A DNA stretch of 59,102 nt from Thermoanaerobaculia bacterium (GTDB lineage Bacteria; Acidobacteriota; Thermoanaerobaculia; Gp7-AA8): the NCBI GenBank assembly GCA_017883265.1, contig JADGNX010000003.1, forward strand, positions 1 to 59,102. The letters are read 5' to 3'. Numbering within the stretch: the stretch's first letter is position 1; every line of letters begins with the position of its first letter. The notes beneath the pieces were generated by a model. That model worked only from the letters and a program-made list of their open reading frames with translations, was not told the origin of the DNA and searched no databases. The position numbers and the translations under genes are program-made. Shown piece by piece: positions 10,134 through 20,111 of this stretch.

Positions 10134-12551
10134 TCAAAGCGGGACGGGCAATGACGATCTGCCTGGTGCAACGCGCTTCCCCATGAGGGCGGCAGCTCCG
10201 GCCAGTCCTAGAATCGTCAGCAGCGATAGGGCCAGACCGACTTTGAAACTCGGCGGGTCGTAGAAAACGCGAATGCCCGTCGTTCCCGGCGGGACGACGA
10301 AGCCGAGGAAGACGCCGTTGACTTCCTCGGGCCGGATGCTCCTGCCGCGATCGGTCTCGATCTTCCAGCCGGGCCACGATGGCAGACTGCTGACCACGAG
10401 GCTCCATCGCGGAGCCTGGACGGTCATGCGATAGTCCGACCCGCTGGCGTATCCGATGGTGACTCCCGCCACACGCGAATCGTGCAGCCTCGGCGCGAGA
10501 AGATCGAGCTGCTCGCGTTGCGAAGCCGGTTTGAGGTCGGCCAGGATCGCGGTATGGGCCCAGTCCTTCTGCGTCAGGAGGAGGTGCGTGTACACATCCT
10601 TCCTGAATTCGAGGACTACGTTCTTCACGGCGAAGAATCGCGGCAGCACCGACCGGTTCTCGTAAATCTTTCCCTCCAGAGAGCTGAAGATGAGGCGGTA
10701 CCGGTCGCTGTCGTATGTCTCCTCAGGCGACGTCACGACATAGCGCACGTTGAGATAGTCGAGCAGCGTCGTGTCGTTGTTCTCCCAGAGCGCGAAGTAG
10801 GTTTGCGTCTTGTACTTCGCCAGAACGCGTAGCAGTCCCATGTAGCGGCCGTTGGCCATCGGATCGTGCGTCCGGATGTCCTCCAGACCGTACATGGCGG
10901 CGAGGTTCGGGAAGAACCAGGCGCCGGTGCCGACGATCCGCGGCGGAGGCTGATTGCCACGCCGCCCGGCCACTTCGACGAGCTTTCGGATGAGCGGCGT
11001 GGACGGATACAACGACTTACCCTCGATGACCGGATTTGTCTTCGAGCCGATGTTCCAGAGCTCCACCACGATCGCAGCGCAAAGTCCCAGCAAGGCGACG
11101 TGGCGGGTTCGACGAAAGGCAGCTGCCACGGTTCCAACCATCAGTACGATGACGCTCGGGAGCGCCGCTCCGAACGCGCCGTCGTGAGCCCAGGCGGTGG
11201 GGTAGGCGGTGCACCACAGCAGAGCGGCCAGGGCCAACGTCGTTACGGCAATGCCGACGAGGAGTTGGCGGGAGGCGCCGCGGTTGAGTCGGTCGATGAT
11301 GGCGGCCGCCTGCACAGCCAGGCACCAGCAGAGAAGGAGGCGCAGCCGTCCATTCGCGGCCAGCGAGAAAATCGGCAGATGGTGAAAGGCTTCGCTGATG
11401 ATCGGCCATCCGAGAAAAATTCCGAGGGCCAGAGGTGTTGCGATGACGAAGAAAGTCTCCCGCTCACGCCAGCGGCGCCTCACAGCCAGACGAGCCAGAA
11501 GGGCAATCCACGCGGCGATTCCGAAGACTCCGGCGAAGCCGGAAGTGAACTCCGCCGGCTCCCATCTCCAGGGCTTGTCCTCCGGGACATCTCCGAAAAA
11601 ATGTGGCTGAAGGAGCAGCTCCGTGGTCGGCAGGTCGGCAGTGGAAATCTGATTCTTCTGGACCTGCAACGACTGATACCTTTGGCTCCTGCGAAGGCCT
11701 TCGGCGAATGGAAGGAGGAGCGGCAGGCAAATCAGTACGGCCAGGACCACCGCCACCACGTATCGGCCCAGAAGCAGGAGAGCATCCCGGCGCCGATCGG
11801 CTACCAGAACGAAGAGAAGATACAGACCGCTGGCCAGAGCGGCATGAGAGGCGGTTTCCGGGTGTCCGCCGAGGAACAGGACTACCCAGACGACGACGAA
11901 GAACAGAAACCGTTTGTACGAGGGCCGCTCGATCAGCAGCTCCAGACCGTAGAAGACGGCCGGCAGGAATGCGGCAACTGTGACATGGGGGAAATGCAGC
12001 CAGACGGTGAGAAACGTCGAGAAGCCGAACGAGACAGCCCCGATTGCGCTCGGCAGCTCCCCATATCCGCGCCGACGACAGTAGAGGTAGGTGAAGGTGA
12101 GTGCCGCAAGCAGCTTCATCGCCGCTTCCGCTGTCATGCTGGGACCCAGGTCGAGAGGAAGTGCGATCAGTCGTAAGGGAGAGAGCGCGGCGCTCTGGCA
12201 GTTCCCCAGGAGGGGATAGCCGCAACCGGCAGCCGGATTCCATAACGGAATATGAAAAGAGTGCCACGCCTCCCGTACCTGATGTGCCCACGGCACCATC
12301 TGCAACGCCACATCGTTCATCTCGCTGTTGACGGCGTGGTAATGCGGCCAGATGCTGGACCACGGTGGCATGAGATAGATGTAGTCGACCGGTACGTCGA
12401 TGTACTGCTGCGTCATCGGCCGGAAGAGGAAGAGGAGGACCAGAGCGTAAAAGAAGGCGGCCAGCCGCCAGGGGAGCTCCGCCCCTGCTCTTCTTCCGGC
12501 CCAGACGGCCAATGCGTAGATGGCGGCTACGTAGAGGAAGGCGGGATTCAA
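10134..12551 (-). CDS. YfhO family (GT-C-like) membrane protein
   Basis: PLWNP..GCGYPLLGN, GGHPET, many TM helices, C-terminal LPRFF / WPGWK / VNGVFLG; start approximate (TTG 12551). Confidence 0.8.
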   Translation of the reverse strand: MNPAFLYVAAIYALAVWAGRRAGAELPWRLAAFFYALVLLFLFRPMTQQYIDVPVDYIYLMPPWSSIWPHYHAVNSEMNDVALQMVPWAHQVREAWHSFHIPLWNPAAGCGYPLLGNCQSAALSPLRLIALPLDLGPSMTAEAAMKLLAALTFTYLYCRRRGYGELPSAIGAVSFGFSTFLTVWLHFPHVTVAAFLPAVFYGLELLIERPSYKRFLFFVVVWVVLFLGGHPETASHAALASGLYLLFVLVADRRRDALLLLGRYVVAVVLAVLICLPLLLPFAEGLRRSQRYQSLQVQKNQISTADLPTTELLLQPHFFGDVPEDKPWRWEPAEFTSGFAGVFGIAAWIALLARLAVRRRWRERETFFVIATPLALGIFLGWPIISEAFHHLPIFSLAANGRLRLLLCWCLAVQAAAIIDRLNRGASRQLLVGIAVTTLALAALLWCTAYPTAWAHDGAFGAALPSVIVLMVGTVAAAFRRTRHVALLGLCAAIVVELWNIGSKTNPVIEGKSLYPSTPLIRKLVEVAGRRGNQPPPRIVGTGAWFFPNLAAMYGLEDIRTHDPMANGRYMGLLRVLAKYKTQTYFALWENNDTTLLDYLNVRYVVTSPEETYDSDRYRLIFSSLEGKIYENRSVLPRFFAVKNVVLEFRKDVYTHLLLTQKDWAHTAILADLKPASQREQLDLLAPRLHDSRVAGVTIGYASGSDYRMTVQAPRWSLVVSSLPSWPGWKIETDRGRSIRPEEVNGVFLGFVVPPGTTGIRVFYDPPSFKVGLALSLLTILGLAGAAALMGKRVAPGRSSLPVPL

Positions 12552-12588
12552 CGGGTGGCGAACCTCCGCCCCTGTTTTTTGTGGCGCC

Positions 12589-13395
12589 TCATCGCTTTCG
12601 CCCGCCGGCAGATTCCCAGAGGCGATTGGCGCGCTGGAATAGAGAAACGGCCTCTCCGGCGAGGATCGCCTCGGCGTATTGGCGGACCGCCTCGAGGTGA
12701 GGCGCGAGCTCCGTCCCCGCATGCTCCAGGAGGGGCGCCCAGACAGAGGCCGGGCTGCCGGCCAGTCTCATGAAGGTCCGGAACCCGGACCCGCCGAAGC
12801 GTTCGACGTCGATGTGTTCGTTTTCGATGTGAACTGCAAGGGCCGTCGAGAGCAACTGAGGAAGGTGGCTCACGAGGAGCATCGACCGGTCGTGTTCCGC
12901 CGGATCGACGCTGTCGACCTCCGCCCCGGCGTCATCGATGAGTCGACCGACGAGCGGCTCGTGCTGCTGCCTGTGGCTGAGGAACCATCGCCGCCCCTCG
13001 AAGAGATCGATCCGGGCGGCGTCGATCGATCGCTCCTCCGATCCGGCCATGGGGTGACCGGCGGTGAACGAGATGCCGCCTCTCTGGGCCGCCTCGATCA
13101 GTGGCGTCATGAGGCCGCAGACCGAGGTTACGATGGCCCCGGACGGCGCTTCGTCGATCGCCGACAGCGAAGCGTCGAGCGGCGCAGCCAGCACGACGAT
13201 GTCGGCGTCCGATTGCTCGAGTCGTTCCAGGCGCCGATCCGCCGCATTCGAACCGATCGCTCTCTCCTCCGCCACCTCGGGGTCGACATAGGAGACGTGC
13301 CAGCCTCGGCTCCGCAGGCGTATCCCCAGCGATCCGCCGATGAGACCAAGGCCGAAGATGGTGATCGCCGGCGTGCCTGACTCCTGCTTTCTCAA
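12589..13395 (-). CDS. tyrA: Prephenate/arogenate dehydrogenase
   Basis: [10 protein letters not shown] Rossmann motif, [11 protein letters not shown]...SHLPQ, RLAGS..W; start approximate. Confidence 0.85.
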   Translation of the reverse strand: MRKQESGTPAITIFGLGLIGGSLGIRLRSRGWHVSYVDPEVAEERAIGSNAADRRLERLEQSDADIVVLAAPLDASLSAIDEAPSGAIVTSVCGLMTPLIEAAQRGGISFTAGHPMAGSEERSIDAARIDLFEGRRWFLSHRQQHEPLVGRLIDDAGAEVDSVDPAEHDRSMLLVSHLPQLLSTALAVHIENEHIDVERFGGSGFRTFMRLAGSPASVWAPLLEHAGTELAPHLEAVRQYAEAILAGEAVSLFQRANRLWESAGGRKR

Positions 13396-13487
13396 GGGAG
13401 CCGTATTGTAGTCAGATTGAGACTGGAGGTGACTCGACCCTCTCACCTCCGCAACGGCCTCCAGCCCGTTCGGCTACGATTACGGCC

Positions 13488-14162
13488 ATGACACGCGCGG
13501 TCGTACTTCTCAGCGGCGGACTTGACTCGGCTACGGTGCTGGCCGTTGCGCGAAGGGAGGGGCGGCAAATCCTGGCTCTCTCGTTCGACTACGGGCAGCG
13601 GCACGTCAGCGAACTGGAGGCAGCGCGGGAGATCGCCCGGCGCTTCGCAGTCGAGGAGCACGTGGTGTTCCCCCTCGAGCTGTCCCGCTTCGGAGGGAGT
13701 GCCCTGACGGCCCCCGATATCGCCGTGCCGAAGGACGCGCTCGAAGGCGGAGGGATCCCGGCGACCTACGTGCCGGCGCGAAATACCGTCTTCCTGTCGA
13801 TCGCCCTGGCCTATGCGGAGGCGCGCAGCGCCGACGAGATCTGGCTTGGGGTCAACGCCATCGACTACAGCGGCTATCCCGATTGCCGGCCCGAATTCAT
13901 CGATGCCTTCCAGCAGGTGATCCTCCGGGGAACCCGCAGCGGAATCGAGGATGGAACGCCATGGATCGTGGCGCCGCTGGCCGATCTTTCCAAAGCCGAG
14001 ATCATCCGCTGCGGGATCGAGCTGGGAGTCGACTACTCGATCACCCGCTCCTGCTACGACCCCGACGCGGCCGGGCGGGCCTGCGGGCACTGCGACTCCT
14101 GTCTCCTGCGCCGGCGCGGCTTCGAGGATGCCGGCATCGAAGACCCGACCATCTATCGATGA
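13488..14162 (+). CDS. queC: 7-cyano-7-deazaguanine synthase
   Basis: [34 protein letters not shown] zinc site. Confidence 0.97.
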   Translation: MTRAVVLLSGGLDSATVLAVARREGRQILALSFDYGQRHVSELEAAREIARRFAVEEHVVFPLELSRFGGSALTAPDIAVPKDALEGGGIPATYVPARNTVFLSIALAYAEARSADEIWLGVNAIDYSGYPDCRPEFIDAFQQVILRGTRSGIEDGTPWIVAPLADLSKAEIIRCGIELGVDYSITRSCYDPDAAGRACGHCDSCLLRRRGFEDAGIEDPTIYR

Positions 14163-14170
14163 TATTGTCT

Positions 14171-15766
14171 TCAGTCGCCTGATTTTCCGTAGTTCGCCAG
14201 GACTCTGGCAGAGGGATCGGTGACATTACAGCCGGGCCACTCTCTGTTGGGCATCCAGAAATCCTTGATCAGATCAGCGTGACCGCTGAAATGCTTCTCA
14301 AATATGTCGCGATAGAGAAGGGACTCTTTCGTAAAGGGGGGGCGATAGGAGTATCGGGCGCAACCCGTTTCGAAATCATGATCTGAGTATTGTTCCTCGG
14401 CAAATTCTTTCAGATAGTCGACCATGGAGTGCCCGACGGCATCCGAAAAAGCGGCCTTTTCGCGCCACAAGATCTCCGCGGGAAGATAGTCGGTCCCCTC
14501 GAAAGCCTTTCTCAAAATCCACTTACCCATGCCCGTGGTGTTCATCTTCAACGCCGGATTGATATGCATCACCATGGCCACGAAATCCAGATCGCCGAAA
14601 GGGACGCGGGCCTCGAGAGCGTGTGCCGCGATACATCGATCCGCACGAAGCACATCGTACATATAGAGCTCATCGACACGCTTCTTCGCTTCTGACTGAA
14701 AAGCTTCGGGGGATGGGGCGTAGTCGGTGTACTTGTAGCCGAACAGCTCATCCGAGATCTCACCCGTCAGCAAGACCTTGATGTGAGTCTTCTCGCGCAC
14801 GTATCTGGCCACGAAGTACATGCCAATGGAGGCTCGGATCGTGGTGATATCCCACGTCTCCAGATTCCAGATCAGCTTATCCAGCACGCTTAACGTATCG
14901 GCCTTGTTGAAGTAGACCTCGTGATGATCGGTCTTCAGGTACTGGGCTACGATCTTCGCGTACCCGATATCGATCGGATTGTGGTCGAGGCCAACGGCAA
15001 ACGTAGAGATGGGCCTGTCCAGAATCTTCTGAGCGATGGCACAGACGAGACTCGAATCGAGTCCACCGGAAAGCAGAAAGCCGACAGGCACATCGGCCAC
15101 CAGGCGTTTCCGAACGCCTTCGATGAGCTTTTCACGAATGTCCTTCAGGTGTTTGTCCAGATTCCTGGGGGCATATTGGAGAACCGTCGTGACATCACGG
15201 TACTGAACGAATTTCTCTCCATCGTAGTAATGGCCGGGAGGAAAGGCGTGGACCGTGGTGCAGAAAGGCGCCAGGGCCTTCATCTCTGAGGCGAACATGA
15301 TCTTGTTGTCTTTCGTGTATCCATGAAAGAGCGGGCGGATGCCGATGGGATCGCGGCCGGCCATGAGCTTCTTCTTCTTGTCGTCCCACACCACCAGCGC
15401 GAACTCGGCATCCAGATGCTGGCACATCTCTTCGATGCCCAGGTCTCGATACATGGGAATCAGAACTTCACAGTCTGAGTGCGATTTGAACTCATAGCTC
15501 GACTCATAGTCGTGCTTCAAAGTCTCGTAGTTATAGATCTCGCCGTTACAGATGATGACGTTGCCGGAGTCGTGGTCGACGAACGGCTGATGACCCTTTT
15601 GAGTGGGGTCCATGATGGCCAGTCGATGAAAGCAGAGGGACGCCCGCTCGTCGGCGACGAGCAGGATCTCGGTATCGTCGGGACCGCGATGGCGAAGCTC
15701 ATCAAAGTCCCTTTCGAAGTCCGGGAGCCGGAGGACGTCTCCGGCGTACGCTAGAATTCCACACAT
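14171..15766 (-). CDS. asnB: Asparagine synthase (glutamine-hydrolysing)
   Basis: N-terminal MCGI Ntn nucleophile, [26 protein letters not shown]; start ATG 15766. Confidence 0.95.
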   Translation of the reverse strand: MCGILAYAGDVLRLPDFERDFDELRHRGPDDTEILLVADERASLCFHRLAIMDPTQKGHQPFVDHDSGNVIICNGEIYNYETLKHDYESSYEFKSHSDCEVLIPMYRDLGIEEMCQHLDAEFALVVWDDKKKKLMAGRDPIGIRPLFHGYTKDNKIMFASEMKALAPFCTTVHAFPPGHYYDGEKFVQYRDVTTVLQYAPRNLDKHLKDIREKLIEGVRKRLVADVPVGFLLSGGLDSSLVCAIAQKILDRPISTFAVGLDHNPIDIGYAKIVAQYLKTDHHEVYFNKADTLSVLDKLIWNLETWDITTIRASIGMYFVARYVREKTHIKVLLTGEISDELFGYKYTDYAPSPEAFQSEAKKRVDELYMYDVLRADRCIAAHALEARVPFGDLDFVAMVMHINPALKMNTTGMGKWILRKAFEGTDYLPAEILWREKAAFSDAVGHSMVDYLKEFAEEQYSDHDFETGCARYSYRPPFTKESLLYRDIFEKHFSGHADLIKDFWMPNREWPGCNVTDPSARVLANYGKSGD

Positions 15767-16026
15767 GATCGGATCCTGAGAGTCGGGAGAGATTTCCCTT
15801 TGTCGGCCTTGCCCTGCTGAGAAAAACCAACTGAAGGAGTGGTTTCGGCACCCAGTCTGAGGCCGATGCTCTCGAATGTCTCTCCCGCGATCGCGCGATT
15901 CCGTAGGGAAGCCGCACGCCGTTTGCGCCATCCGCCATTCCTAACTCATTGAGTGGCATTCGTTTTACGCGTAAGGCAAGCCTGCCACTTGATCCCGAGG
16001 GGTCCTTCCTTCATCGTGATTCTGCA

Positions 16027-16659
16027 ATGCGCGTCACCGAGATCTTTCACTCCATTCAGGGGGAGTCGACCCATGCCGGGCGACCTTGCGTCTTCGTCCG
16101 TCTGACCGGCTGCAATCTCCGCTGCCGCTGGTGCGACTCTGAATACACCTTCACCGGTGGCGACAGGATGACCCTCGAAGAGGTCGTGGACAGAGTTCTC
16201 AGCTATGGCTGTGACCTGGTCGAGGTTACCGGCGGTGAGCCGCTGGCGCAGGCAGAGGCCTTCGAGCTCATCGAGACTTTGTGCGACCGGGGGCTGGAGG
16301 TGTTGATCGAGACTTCCGGCTCGATCGACGTTTCGCCCACCGACCCGCGCGCAAAGCTCATTCTCGACGTGAAGTGCCCTGGTTCCGGTGAGGTCCATTC
16401 GAATCGATGGACGAATCTCGCTCTTCTGCGCCCGCACGATGAGATCAAGTTCGTGATCGCCGACCGGGCGGATTACGAGTGGGCGCGCGAGGTGATTCTG
16501 ACTCGAGGGCTGGCCCGCTGGCCTGTACTGTTGTCGCCGGTGTGGGGTGAGATGGAGCCTCGCCTCCTGGCCGAATGGATGCTTGCCGACCGACTTCCGG
16601 CGCGATTCCAGACCCAGCTCCACAAGCACATCTGGGGCGCTGAGGCCCGCGGCGTGTAA
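16027..16659 (+). CDS. queE: 7-carboxy-7-deazaguanine synthase (radical SAM)
   Basis: EIFHSIQGE, GCNLRCRWCD, TGGEPL, QLHK. Confidence 0.95.
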   Translation: MRVTEIFHSIQGESTHAGRPCVFVRLTGCNLRCRWCDSEYTFTGGDRMTLEEVVDRVLSYGCDLVEVTGGEPLAQAEAFELIETLCDRGLEVLIETSGSIDVSPTDPRAKLILDVKCPGSGEVHSNRWTNLALLRPHDEIKFVIADRADYEWAREVILTRGLARWPVLLSPVWGEMEPRLLAEWMLADRLPARFQTQLHKHIWGAEARGV

Positions 16660-16668
16660 GGAGGAACG

Positions 16669-17076
16669 TTGAGTAAACCCGAACTGGATCACATCGGCAT
16701 CGCCGTCCGATCGATCGAAGCCGCCTCGATCTATGAAGCCCTCGGGCTGCAGGTCGATCACCTCGAGACGGTGGAGAGTCAGGGCGTCAGGACAGCGTTT
16801 CTTTCGGTCGGCGATTCCAACCTGGAGCTTCTGGAGCCGACCAATCCTGACTCCCCCGTGGCCAGGTACATCGAAAAACGAGGCGAAGGGATTCATCACC
16901 TCTGTTTCCGCGTGGACGACATCGATGCTCACCTCCAGCGCCTGGCTGCCGCCGGCTATCGGCTCATCAATGAATCGTCTGTCCCCGGCGCGCACGGCTG
17001 CCGGGTCGCTTTCCTTCATCCATCCGCGGGAAGCGGCGTTCTCATCGAGTTGAGCGAGCGGGAGAAGAAGTCATGA
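16669..17076 (+). CDS. mce: Methylmalonyl-CoA epimerase
   Basis: DHIGIAV, LELLEP, GEGIHHLCF, FLHP..GVLIEL; RBS AAGGAGG. Confidence 0.9.
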   Translation: MSKPELDHIGIAVRSIEAASIYEALGLQVDHLETVESQGVRTAFLSVGDSNLELLEPTNPDSPVARYIEKRGEGIHHLCFRVDDIDAHLQRLAAAGYRLINESSVPGAHGCRVAFLHPSAGSGVLIELSEREKKS

Positions 17077-17402
17077 CCATGACCGAAGGCTTCGCCAGAG
17101 ATTCGATCATCATCGTCAATCTCGTGAATCCGAAGGAGAAATTCTGGGGGCATCTGTCGACCCTCTCCACCGCCGGCCTGACGATGCGCGGGATCAACCT
17201 CGACTCATTCGAGGACTGGGTGCGACAGCTGGCGCGTGGCGATGAGCCGAACCTCGACCTCGTCACCATGTTCGTGCCGCTCTTCCGGGTCGAGCGGATT
17301 TTTCTCGATGAGCCGGTCGGCGCCGTCCGCTCCTACAGCGACTTTTTCGAGGACGTGGTGCAGACTCCGGTCCGAAAGTTTCTGGGCATCGAGGGGCTGT
17401 AG
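17073..17402 (+). CDS. Conserved hypothetical protein, possible Sm/Hfq-like small beta-barrel
   Basis: ATGA overlap with mce; pattern IIIVNL..KFWGHL..GLTMRG...TMFVPLFRVERI. Confidence 0.65.
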   Translation: MTMTEGFARDSIIIVNLVNPKEKFWGHLSTLSTAGLTMRGINLDSFEDWVRQLARGDEPNLDLVTMFVPLFRVERIFLDEPVGAVRSYSDFFEDVVQTPVRKFLGIEGL

Positions 17403-17573
17403 CACAGACACTTCTGTCTGTGCTTGGCTGTGCTACTGGCCGAGAGAAGAGGCGCACAGGCAGAAGGCGCACAGGCAGAAGGTGCACTGGCAGAGGGTGC
17501 ACAGACAGCAGAAGGTGCACTGGCAGAAGGCGCACAGACAGAAGGCGCACAGACAGAAGTGTCTGTGCTACAG
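17397..17573. repeat. REPIN: inverted pair of GTAG-type REPs (family A) enclosing seven ~15-bp tandem units
   Basis: 27-bp perfect inverted repeat CTGTAGCACAGACACTTCTGTCTGTGC (17397-17423 / 17547-17573); units like GGCGCACAG(G/A)CAGAA at 17451-17558. Confidence 0.9.
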
Positions 17574-17597
17574 GAAAGCGCCGATAATATTTGTCCT

Positions 17598-18911
17598 ATG
17601 AATGACTTCAACGTTTACGAGGTGCTGAATCGCAAGCGGCGGGGCGCACCGATGGAGTCGCGGGAGATCGAGCAGTTCATCGATTTGTATACCCGCGGCG
17701 ACATTCCCGACTACCAGATGTCCGCGCTCCTCATGGCCGTTGCCATCAATGGAATGACAACGGCCGAGATGGCGACGTTGACGCAGTCGATGCTCCGCTC
17801 CGGCGAGCAGTGGCGGCTGCGCGACGAATACGATTTCATCGCAGACAAACACTCCACCGGCGGAGTGGGCGACAAGGTCTCGCTCGTCCTCTCGCCATGG
17901 GTAGCAGCCTGCGGCATCAGGATCGGCATGCTCTCGGGACGCGGCCTCGGTCATACAGGCGGCACGCTCGACAAGCTGGAGGCCATTCCGGGATTCAACG
18001 CCCGTCTCTCTCGCCCAGACTTCGAGCGCTGTCTCAAAGACGTCGGTTGTGTCATCTCTACCTCGACCGAAGGGATCGCCCCGGCCGACAAGAAGATCTA
18101 CGCCCTGCGGGATGTGACCGGAACGGTGGAATCGCTGCCTCTCATCACAGCATCCATCATGTCGAAGAAGCTGGCCATGGGCGCTTCAGCCCTGGTCCTT
18201 GACGTCAAGACCGGCAGCGGGGCGTTCATGAGACTTTACCAGGACTCTCGAGCGCTGGCCCTCAGCCTCATCGCCGCCGCCGAAGGCTCCGGGACGCGTG
18301 TCGAAGCGCTCATCACCGACATGGACCGCCCGCTTGGAGTGGCCGCGGGAAACGCCAACGAGATCATCGAGACGTTCGAAGTGCTCAAGGGTCATGGACC
18401 GGCGGACGTCCAGGAAGTCACGCGGGCCCAGGCCGAGCGGGTTCTGGTCATGTCGGGCAGATTCGATGAAAAATCGGCGAACCTCAAGCTGGCGGAGACG
18501 CTCGAGTCGGGAGCGGCGCTGGAATGCGCCCGACGATGGATCGCAGCGCAGGGCGGTGATCCGGCGGTCATCGATGACTATTCGCTACTCCCACAGCCGC
18601 GCAAAGTCCTCGAGGTCAAGGCGCCGCAGAGTGGCTACATCACGTTCATCGATACCTACCAGGCTGGTATGTTCACCGTCGACCTCGGCGCCGGGCGCAA
18701 GAGAGCCGACGACGTGATCGACTATGCGGCGGGCGTGCTCTTCGATCGCAAGAGCGGCGACGCAGTGGCCAGCGGGGACGTCATCGCCCGGATCCAGCTC
18801 GGTGATCGGGCGCGCCACCAGTCCGAATTGACTGCACGTTTCCTCTCCTTCGTCACCTTCGGCGATGAGGCGCCGGAAGCGAAGCCGTTGATCCACGAAC
18901 ATCTGAAATAG
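17598..18911 (+). CDS. pdp: Pyrimidine-nucleoside/thymidine phosphorylase
   Basis: PDYQMSALLMA, DKHSTGGVGDK, SGRGLGHTGGTLDKLE, SIMSKK; start ATG 17598. Confidence 0.93.
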   Translation: MNDFNVYEVLNRKRRGAPMESREIEQFIDLYTRGDIPDYQMSALLMAVAINGMTTAEMATLTQSMLRSGEQWRLRDEYDFIADKHSTGGVGDKVSLVLSPWVAACGIRIGMLSGRGLGHTGGTLDKLEAIPGFNARLSRPDFERCLKDVGCVISTSTEGIAPADKKIYALRDVTGTVESLPLITASIMSKKLAMGASALVLDVKTGSGAFMRLYQDSRALALSLIAAAEGSGTRVEALITDMDRPLGVAAGNANEIIETFEVLKGHGPADVQEVTRAQAERVLVMSGRFDEKSANLKLAETLESGAALECARRWIAAQGGDPAVIDDYSLLPQPRKVLEVKAPQSGYITFIDTYQAGMFTVDLGAGRKRADDVIDYAAGVLFDRKSGDAVASGDVIARIQLGDRARHQSELTARFLSFVTFGDEAPEAKPLIHEHLK

Positions 18912-18938
18912 GACGGACACCGGCTATCATCGCAGCTC

Positions 18939-20111
18939 ATGAACGAACCGCGCGCCATCGTCATCGTCTGCGACTCGCTCGGGGTCGGCGCGCTGCCAGA
19001 CGCCGCTGACTTCGGTGACCAAGGCTCGAATACCCTCGGGCACATCCTGCGCGATGAGAGCCCGAGTCTGCCGACGCTGACCCGGCTCGGTCTGCTGCAT
19101 ACCCTGCCGTCTCCGGTCTCCGATGTGGCTCCTCAGAGCGCCCACGGCCGGATGGCGGAGATCTCCGCGGGGAAGGACACGACGACCGGCCACTGGGAGA
19201 TGATGGGTCTCATCGTCGATGAGCCGTTTCGCACATATCCGAACGGGTTTCCCCCTGAGATCATCGCGGAGTACGAGCGGCGCATCGGCCGGAAGACTCT
19301 CGGCAACAAGGCAGCATCGGGAACAGTGATCCTCGACGAGCTGGGTGAGGAGCATGTGAAGAGTGGCTCGCCGATCGTCTACACCTCAGCCGATTCGGTT
19401 TTCCAGGTGGCGGCACACGAAGAGGTCATCCCGCCGGAGGAGCTATGGCGGATCTGCGGGGTGGCGCGCGAGCTGATGCGTGGCGAGAACAATATCGGCC
19501 GTGTCATCGCCAGACCTTTCACCGGCTCGGGCAGAGGACACTTCAAGCGGACGGCGAGGCGCCGCGACTTCTCGGTGAGGCCGACGGGTGAGACGGTCGT
19601 GGAGCGGGCGCAGAAGGCCGGTCGCGGCGTCATCGGACTCGGCAAGATCGCCGATATATTCGACCGCGTCGGCATCGACGAAGAAATCCGCACGGAGTCG
19701 AATAGCGACGGCATGAGCAGGACGATGGATCTGGTTCGAGATTCCGATGCCCGCTTCCTGTTCACGAACCTGGTCGATTTCGATTCCAAGTACGGACATC
19801 GCAACGACGCTTCAGGATATGCCAGGGCTCTCGAGACGTTCGATGGCGAACTGGAGACGTTGCTGCGGACCATGAGGCCAAACGACCTTCTGTTCATCAC
19901 CGCCGATCACGGCTGCGATCCGACCGATGTCTCGACGGATCACACGCGCGAGTACGTTCCACTGCTTGTTGCCGGTCCAGGAGTTCGAGAGGGCCGCTCT
20001 CTGGGAACACGTCGAACGTTTGCGGACCTCGGAGCGTCGATCTGCGAGCTGTTGCAGATCGACGCCGAAGGCCTGCCCGGAACCAGCGTCTTATCCGAGG
20101 TGAATCGATGA
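18939..20111 (+). CDS. deoB: Phosphopentomutase
   Basis: DSLGVG..PDA, GKDTTTGHWE, YTSADSVFQ, DFD..YGHR, ADHGCDPT..TDHTRE. Confidence 0.96.
   Translation: MNEPRAIVIVCDSLGVGALPDAADFGDQGSNTLGHILRDESPSLPTLTRLGLLHTLPSPVSDVAPQSAHGRMAEISAGKDTTTGHWEMMGLIVDEPFRTYPNGFPPEIIAEYERRIGRKTLGNKAASGTVILDELGEEHVKSGSPIVYTSADSVFQVAAHEEVIPPEELWRICGVARELMRGENNIGRVIARPFTGSGRGHFKRTARRRDFSVRPTGETVVERAQKAGRGVIGLGKIADIFDRVGIDEEIRTESNSDGMSRTMDLVRDSDARFLFTNLVDFDSKYGHRNDASGYARALETFDGELETLLRTMRPNDLLFITADHGCDPTDVSTDHTREYVPLLVAGPGVREGRSLGTRRTFADLGASICELLQIDAEGLPGTSVLSEVNR

Noticed and set aside
13488-16659. 7-deazaguanine DNA-modification (dpd) or QueC-based defence system
   Set aside because: QueC and QueE are canonical in size and motifs; there are no dpdA/tgt-like or qat genes nearby.
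17451-17558. CRISPR array
   Set aside because: Units are contiguous 15-mers with no unique spacers, and there are no cas genes.
17424-17597. AEGAQ-repeat N-terminal extension of Pdp
   Set aside because: It is read-through of the REPIN repeat; family similarity begins at ATG 17598.
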